DNA of 41,641 nt from Myxococcota bacterium (GTDB taxonomy: Bacteria; Myxococcota; Myxococcia; Myxococcales; Myxococcaceae), in the NCBI GenBank assembly GCA_049322255.1, contig JBMORE010000053.1, forward strand, positions 124,001 through 165,641. Reading direction: 5' to 3'. The notes beneath the pieces are model-generated. The model had not been told where the DNA came from and did not search any database. It saw only the letters and a program-made list of their open reading frames with translations. A program made the position numbers and the translations under genes. This document shows positions 36,325 to 41,641 of this stretch, in pieces. Position 1 is the first letter of the stretch. Each line of letters starts with the position of its first letter.

Positions 36325-37569
36325 TTACAGCCCTTCGACGATGCGGAACTCGACCTTCACCGGTGCGTTTGGGGTGGCGTTGCTCACCTTGAGGCAGAGC
36401 GCTCCGGTGAAGGTGACCTTCCCTGCTTCGTACTTCCAGGTGTCGGGACCGGAAGCGGTGGGTTGTCCATCGATGAGCACCGAGAGAAACCTCGGGTCGG
36501 AAGGCACGGACTCGAGGGTGTAGACGCACGGGTCGCCCGTACCCACCAACTGGCCGATCTGTGCCAGCGCGCTCGCGAGCTCGGCGCCGTTGCTCGCCTG
36601 GTAGAACTTGGTGGTGCACAGCTTGGAGCCCTGGTCGCACGAGCCCACGGCGCCTCCGCACTCGGCATCGGTGGCATTGGGGCAAGCGCGGGCGAAACCG
36701 CCAGCCTCGGCCATCGCATTGAGCACCGTGGGGCCATCGCCCGAGGCGGTGTCGGCACCAAAGCCAACCATGATGGTACGAATCTGCTTCGCTCGCAGAG
36801 CAGTCACCGCGTTCACCGACCCGGCAAGGTCCAAGCAGCCCAACGTGCAGAACTGCGAGCCGGGGGTGCCGCAGTTGCCGTTGGCGAGGGTGCACTTGCA
36901 GGCCGCCGCATTGCTGCAGGAGTTGGCGTTCTGCGGGTTGCAGTTGGGCAGACCGTCGGTGAGAACGAGGATGAAATCCTCGCGGTTGGGGTCTGACAGC
37001 GGCGCGTAGGCAGACAGCGCGTTCAACGAGACGCTGGTGGGTGTGCCTCCGCCGGTCCCGTTGGGCGTGCCCGCCGCCCCGGCGCTGCTGATACCCTGAA
37101 TGGCGGCGTTGATTTCACTGGCTTTCGCCTTCAGCTCAGCGTCCACGTCATTGGAGTTGGACAGCTCGATGCGTACCGCCGTGGGGGCACCGCAGGTGTT
37201 ATCAACTGGGTAGGCCGTCATCCCCATGCGAGCCACTGTGCCGTTGTTGCTGAGGAAAGTGCCCATCGCGTTCTGCAGCTCGCTCCAGCGCGTGGGACAG
37301 TTGGCCGGGCAGAGGTTGGACTTGCTGCTGCCGCATCCCGACGGGCATCGCGAATCGGCGGGGTTGGTGGGCTGGTCCATCGAGCCCGATTTGTCCACCA
37401 GGAGCATGAGATTGGGCTTGCTCTGCTTGGCGATCACCGTCTTCGACTGGGTGGTCTGCGCGATGGCCAACGGCTCGACGGGCTCGAAGTCGTAGGTCTG
37501 ACAGCCCGCGCCGAAGCCGCCGGCGGCGCCCAACCCGAAGGCAATGAGAAGTCTCCAGTTCTTGGTCAT
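36325..37569 (-). CDS. cglB: Adventurous gliding motility VWA lipoprotein (adhesin) CglB
   Basis: AG-C-QTYDFEPVEPLAIAQTT, KPNLMLLVDKSGSM, CPTRWSELQ, GGTPTS, LTDGLPNCN, GFGADT..GDGP.VLN.MA, matching recalled M. xanthus CglB along its length. Start placed at ATG 37569. Confidence 0.92.
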   Translation of the reverse strand: MTKNWRLLIAFGLGAAGGFGAGCQTYDFEPVEPLAIAQTTQSKTVIAKQSKPNLMLLVDKSGSMDQPTNPADSRCPSGCGSSKSNLCPANCPTRWSELQNAMGTFLSNNGTVARMGMTAYPVDNTCGAPTAVRIELSNSNDVDAELKAKASEINAAIQGISSAGAAGTPNGTGGGTPTSVSLNALSAYAPLSDPNREDFILVLTDGLPNCNPQNANSCSNAAACKCTLANGNCGTPGSQFCTLGCLDLAGSVNAVTALRAKQIRTIMVGFGADTASGDGPTVLNAMAEAGGFARACPNATDAECGGAVGSCDQGSKLCTTKFYQASNGAELASALAQIGQLVGTGDPCVYTLESVPSDPRFLSVLIDGQPTASGPDTWKYEAGKVTFTGALCLKVSNATPNAPVKVEFRIVEGL

Positions 37570-37687
37570 TTCTCTCTCGCTCCGCGGGCGGGTGGCCCCT
37601 TTCAACACCTGCCAAAACCTGACGGAGACTACCGCCGGCTACCCACTCCCCGCCAGTGTCTGCTTGGTCCCGAGAGCCGATGGAACC

Positions 37688-38080
37688 TTACAGAGCGAGC
37701 ACCCTTGCCCCTTCTGTCAAGCGCCACAGGGAGGCCAGCCCCATCACCCCGTCGAGCCGCCGGCCGAGGTCGGCCTCGGTGAGCCCACAGAGGCGCAAGG
37801 TGGTGTCGCAGGCGACGGCCTGGGCGCCCAGCGACCGCGCCTCGGCGAGCATCTTCGTCGGGGGAGGCACACCCAGCCCTTCCGCCCGCGCGCTCTCGGC
37901 CATCTCGCGCTCGGAATGGGGATGACCGAATGCGTCACGGGCCAATGACCGTAAGGCGTCGAACCCAAACACGAAGTACACCTCGTCGCCCATCGCCGCC
38001 GCGGTGATGCCCAACGAGGCCGCTTGGTACGCGGGCTCATAGGTGGCGTTCTGCAGGAAAAAGAAGACGCGGCCGGCCAT
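37688..38080 (-). CDS. DsrE/DsrF-like protein
   Basis: ITAAAMGDEVYFVFGFDAL, LGAQAVAC (single Cys), DGVMGLAS. Confidence 0.75.
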   Translation of the reverse strand: MAGRVFFFLQNATYEPAYQAASLGITAAAMGDEVYFVFGFDALRSLARDAFGHPHSEREMAESARAEGLGVPPPTKMLAEARSLGAQAVACDTTLRLCGLTEADLGRRLDGVMGLASLWRLTEGARVLAL

Positions 38081-38128
38081 GTGCATCAAGAGAGTAACCG
38101 ATGCGGGCGGGATATAAGACGCCTTTGA

Positions 38129-38734
38129 ATGAGGCGACGGCTCCTACCCCTTTTCTCGTGGGCCTTGGGCACGCTGACGGCGGCGAGTGCTTGCGCCACC
38201 CACACCGCCCAGACACCCGCCCAAGCGCCACCGGTGCCGACCCAGAGCCCCGCGGCGATGACGCAGGCTCCTTTGCGCGAGAAGGTCGAAGCCCTCCTCG
38301 GCGGCGAGCGCGCCCCCAGCGCCGAAGAGTGGAAGAAGCTCGGCCCCGAGGCGCTGTGGGTGCTCGAGCAGATCTACAACGACCCTGCGGCCCTCCCCTC
38401 GCGCCGCACGCGCGCAGTGGCCTCGATGGCGCTGGTCGACGACCCGGCCGCCATCGCTCACCTGGAAGCAATCCTGTTCGAGCCCGCCACCGAGGAGAGC
38501 TACCGCGCCATCGCTGCCCAGGCGCTCGCCCAACGCGTCGGGCCGGCGGCGCTGGAGAAGCTCTCCCCCCTGCTCTCTTCAAAGACTGCCACCACCCGCG
38601 AGGCCGCGGTGCGCGCGATCGGCACGCTCTCCACGCCCGAGGCGAAAAAGAAGCTCGAGGAGCACCTGGAAATAGAAGACGACTCCGCCGTGCGCGAGGT
38701 GGCTCAGCAAACGCTCACCAAGATGCAGCCTTGA
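38129..38734 (+). CDS. HEAT-repeat lipoprotein
   Basis: TAASA-C lipobox; helical repeats RTRAVASMA, RAIAAQALA, REAAVRAIG, VREVAQQTL. Confidence 0.8.
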   Translation: MRRRLLPLFSWALGTLTAASACATHTAQTPAQAPPVPTQSPAAMTQAPLREKVEALLGGERAPSAEEWKKLGPEALWVLEQIYNDPAALPSRRTRAVASMALVDDPAAIAHLEAILFEPATEESYRAIAAQALAQRVGPAALEKLSPLLSSKTATTREAAVRAIGTLSTPEAKKKLEEHLEIEDDSAVREVAQQTLTKMQP

Positions 38735-38786
38735 GGTACACTCCGTCCACTTTCGAGCGGCCGGCTTGGAAGGGAGTGACCCAATC

Positions 38787-39365
38787 ATGCTTTCACGACT
38801 GTCCCGGGGGGCAGCGGCGCTGATGCTCTTCGCCGGCGCCACCGCCTCCGCCACGGTTGTCATCGCCCAGTCGATCGAGGAGATGGCCCAAGCCACCCCG
38901 CTCATCGTCCGCGGCACGGTGGGCCAAATCCAGGTGCGCTGGGACGAGGAGCACCGGCGCATCCACACCTACGCCGAAGTGGTGGTGAAAGAGGCGCTCA
39001 AGGGCAAGGCGCCCCAGAGCCTCTTGGTGCGCCAACCCGGCGGCATCGTGGGGGAGATCGGCCAGATGGTTTCGGGAACGGCCCGCTTCACCGAAGGCGA
39101 AGAGGTGGTGCTCTTCCTCGAGCCCGCTCCCGATGAGCCGTCGGTTTTTGGCGTATGGAGCCTCGCCGCGGGCAAGGTGACTTTCGAGCGCACGGCCGTG
39201 GGCGAGGTGCGGGCGGTGCGCGACCTCTCCGGGCTGTCCTTCGTCGGAGCGGCACCGGGAGGAGAGCGCCGCATCTTCACTCTGGGCGAGCGTCACGACT
39301 TGGGCACTCCCGACGTCTTTTTGCGAAGGGTGCGCGACCTGCTGCGAAAGGGAGGCGCCCAGTGA
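38787..39365 (+). CDS. Secreted protein, putative NTR/TIMP-like OB-fold
   Basis: Sec signal ending ASA|T; SIEEMAQATPLIVRGTV, TYAEVVVKEALKG, PGG, FTEGEEVVLFL; GTGA overlap with the downstream protease. Confidence 0.75.
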   Translation: MLSRLSRGAAALMLFAGATASATVVIAQSIEEMAQATPLIVRGTVGQIQVRWDEEHRRIHTYAEVVVKEALKGKAPQSLLVRQPGGIVGEIGQMVSGTARFTEGEEVVLFLEPAPDEPSVFGVWSLAAGKVTFERTAVGEVRAVRDLSGLSFVGAAPGGERRIFTLGERHDLGTPDVFLRRVRDLLRKGGAQ

Positions 39366-41518
39366 GAAGCATGCGCCTTTGGCCCTTGCTGCTCGCGCCC
39401 GCGGTCGCCCTCGCCACCCCCAGCGGCCACAAGTGGTTCAACCGCCCGGTGACATACCGGGTGTTCGCTCACTCCTCCATCAACGGCATCCCCAACTTCT
39501 CCACCGACGTCCTGCCCCGGGTGCAGAACGCCTTCCTCAATTGGACGAGCAACCGCGTCGCCTGCACCAACTGGGCGAGCTCTTACGGCGGCACCTTCTC
39601 CAGCCCCAGCGGGACGGCGGCGGTGAACGGGAGCGACGGCATCAACAACGTCATCTGGCTGGGCGGCAGCCAGTGGACGCACGGGAGCAGCACGCTCGGC
39701 CTGACCACCACCGGCTTTTTCGCCGGCAGCGGTGAAATCTTCGACGCCGACATGGAGCTGAACAACAACATCCCCTGGTCCAACAGCGGCGCCTTCAACG
39801 CACAGGACATGGAGAGCGTGGTGCTCCACGAGGCGGGGCATTTCCTCGGGCTCGACCACACCAACTCCAACCAGGTGGCGGTGATGTACCCCACCATCGC
39901 CCCGGGGGAAATCAAGCGCACCCTCACCTCCCCCGACGTCACCGACGTCTGCGCCGTCTACCCCGGCACCGGTACTCCCGGAGGCCAAGGCACTCCTTGC
40001 ACGCAGGGCTCCAACTGCATCAACGGCCTCGTCTGCCGCGCTGCGCTGGGTTCGACGTCGAAAATCTGCACCGTCGACTGCACCAGCGGCCAGAGCTGCC
40101 CCAGCGGGTATACCTGTCAGGACGCGGACGTCGGCCGCGCCTGCCTGGTGCCGGTGGGCTCCCCCGACCTGTGCAAGTTCTGCACGGATGGCTCCCAGTG
40201 CTCGAGCGGCAACTGCGTCTCCGATGGGCAGCACAACTGGTGCACCATCGCCTGCGCCAGCGCGGCCAACTGCGGGCCAGGCTACGCCTGCGTGTCCTCC
40301 GGCGCAGGCGGCAACGTGTGCGTTCCGCAGACATCCTGCGCCAACCAATGCACCAGCGCCGCCCAGTGCGCGAGCGGCTACGGCTGCGTGGGAGGCGAGT
40401 GCGAAGCCACCGGCAACGTCGGCGACCGCTGCGAGCTGTCTGGCTTTTGCAAGCCGTGCGGGGTGTGCATCGGCACCTCCGCGGCGGCGTTTTGCCGCAG
40501 CTGTTGCAACAACCAGGGCTATTGCCAAAGCTGCACCGCCACCACCTGCGCCAGCGGCCACAGCTGCCAGGCGCTCAATGGAGACACCGCGCGCGTCTGC
40601 ATTCCCTCTTCGGGCGGCAACGATTGCCAACCGTGCGACATCGCCAACAACCCCTGCGCCCAGGGGCTCATCTGCGTAGGCGGCCGCTGCCACAACAGCT
40701 GCAATCCGTCGAACCCCGGGGGCTGCACCGCTTGCTACAACGCCGGTGGGGGCAATGGGTACTGTGCCTGCCCCGACGAAGTGTCTTTGGCCGGCGACCC
40801 CTGCGGCCCCGCGGGCAACGGAGCCTTCCGTGCGTGCGTCACCGGCCTTTTGTGCGTCGGGCTGCCCTCGCCGGTGTGCCGCCGCCCGTGCACGCTGGGC
40901 AACAACTCCACCTGCAACCAAGGAGAGGTCTGCCAAGCGGTGGACGGCCAGGCGGTGTGCGTCATCAGCACCGCGCCAGGCTCGATGTGCAGCGCCTGTC
41001 AGAACGGCTCCTGCAACCCCGGTCTCACCTGCTTCCAGGGCCGCTGCTACCAGGCCTGCAACCCCGCAGCCCCCACCTGCACCACGTGCACCGAAGTGCA
41101 GGCAGGCATCGGAGTGTGTGCCTGTGAAGACCAGCGCGCGGGGGTGAACCAAGCCTGCGGCTTCGTCCCCCCGGGTGACGTCTACACCTGCCAGTTCGGC
41201 CTTTTGTGCGTCAACGGCACCTGTCGCATGGAGTGCAACCTCAACAACCCGTTCATGTGCCCGGTCGGAACCTCCTGTCAGGTGCTCGGCGGCATTCCTT
41301 ACTGCCTGCCCCCGCCGGGGTTCGACGCAGGCACGGGTGGTGGCGGCGGTGGAGGAGGCGGCTTCGGGGGCTTCGGTGGCGGTGGAGGAGGCGGCGGAGG
41401 CGGCTCGGTGAGCAGCCAAGGGTGTGGGTGCCTGGCGGGCGCAGGGGCGGCAGCGCTGTGGCCGCTCGTGGTGGTGCTAGGCCTGGGCGCCCGGCGACGG
41501 AAGCGGCACATCAGCTAA
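39362..41518 (+). CDS. Matrixin (M10-like) metalloprotease with Cys-rich stalk and MYXO-CTERM sorting signal
   Basis: GGAGG plus GTG 39362; signal peptide; GHKW...VTYRV; DADMELN; HEAGHFLGLDH; Met-turn VMYP; long Cys-repeat region; Gly linker; GCGC + hydrophobic stretch + RRRKR. Confidence 0.92.
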   Translation: MRSMRLWPLLLAPAVALATPSGHKWFNRPVTYRVFAHSSINGIPNFSTDVLPRVQNAFLNWTSNRVACTNWASSYGGTFSSPSGTAAVNGSDGINNVIWLGGSQWTHGSSTLGLTTTGFFAGSGEIFDADMELNNNIPWSNSGAFNAQDMESVVLHEAGHFLGLDHTNSNQVAVMYPTIAPGEIKRTLTSPDVTDVCAVYPGTGTPGGQGTPCTQGSNCINGLVCRAALGSTSKICTVDCTSGQSCPSGYTCQDADVGRACLVPVGSPDLCKFCTDGSQCSSGNCVSDGQHNWCTIACASAANCGPGYACVSSGAGGNVCVPQTSCANQCTSAAQCASGYGCVGGECEATGNVGDRCELSGFCKPCGVCIGTSAAAFCRSCCNNQGYCQSCTATTCASGHSCQALNGDTARVCIPSSGGNDCQPCDIANNPCAQGLICVGGRCHNSCNPSNPGGCTACYNAGGGNGYCACPDEVSLAGDPCGPAGNGAFRACVTGLLCVGLPSPVCRRPCTLGNNSTCNQGEVCQAVDGQAVCVISTAPGSMCSACQNGSCNPGLTCFQGRCYQACNPAAPTCTTCTEVQAGIGVCACEDQRAGVNQACGFVPPGDVYTCQFGLLCVNGTCRMECNLNNPFMCPVGTSCQVLGGIPYCLPPPGFDAGTGGGGGGGGGFGGFGGGGGGGGGGSVSSQGCGCLAGAGAAALWPLVVVLGLGARRRKRHIS
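41336..41404 (+). repeat. Gly-rich (GGN)n linker before the MYXO-CTERM
   Basis: G9-FGGF-G10. Confidence 0.85.
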
Positions 41519-41641
41519 CCCAGAGATCAGTTGAGCTGAGGGAAAGAAAGACAGTGCCGGAACCAGGCAGCCAGGTTGTCGATTCGGGTCGCGGCGCGAA
41601 CGCGGCGCGCGATGCGAGCAAGTTCGCCGAGCAGGCGTGGC
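41516..41641 (-). mobile_element. Possible right end of an IS630-family element (transposase C-terminus 41527..>41640)
   Basis: Minus-strand frame ...ARRVRAATRIDNLAAWFRHCLSFPQLN* resembles IS630 transposase C-termini (WFRHC..Q.N*); the stop is followed within 9 nt by TA, the IS630 target dinucleotide. Confidence 0.5.

Noticed and set aside
36325..37569. Impression of slightly lower GC3 in cglB suggesting a recombined allele
   Set aside because: Cannot be quantified by eye; needs a codon-usage calculation.

Overview
High-GC window from a myxobacterium (Myxococcota; orthologues of the Myxococcus motility lipoproteins Tgl and CglB and a MYXO-CTERM sorting signal are recognisable). The centre is the conserved minus-strand housekeeping block rlmB - tRNA-Thr/Tyr/Gly/Thr - tuf - rpmG - tRNA-Trp - secE - nusG - rplKAJL - rpoBC. 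To the left are phasin/SLT, nth, the tgl operon (hyp-orf-tgl-HTH-recO), then a ~6.2 kb block of a Ser/Thr kinase plus three Cys/VWA lipoproteins lying between recO and glyQS, followed by bcp and a partial beta-propeller-like lipoprotein. To the right are a phosphatase lipoprotein, a rimK-like cluster, a choice-of-anchor-L lipoprotein, cglB, a DsrE-like protein and a three-gene HEAT-lipoprotein / TIMP(NTR)-like protein / prodomain-less MMP-like MYXO-CTERM protease unit. The window ends in what looks like the end of an IS630-like element. Best candidates for undescribed systems: (1) the translationally coupled TIMP-like + MMP-like surface protease pair, and (2) the kinase / CglB-like VWA / Cys-repeat lipoprotein block. 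All family assignments come from motif recognition by eye; no searches were run.
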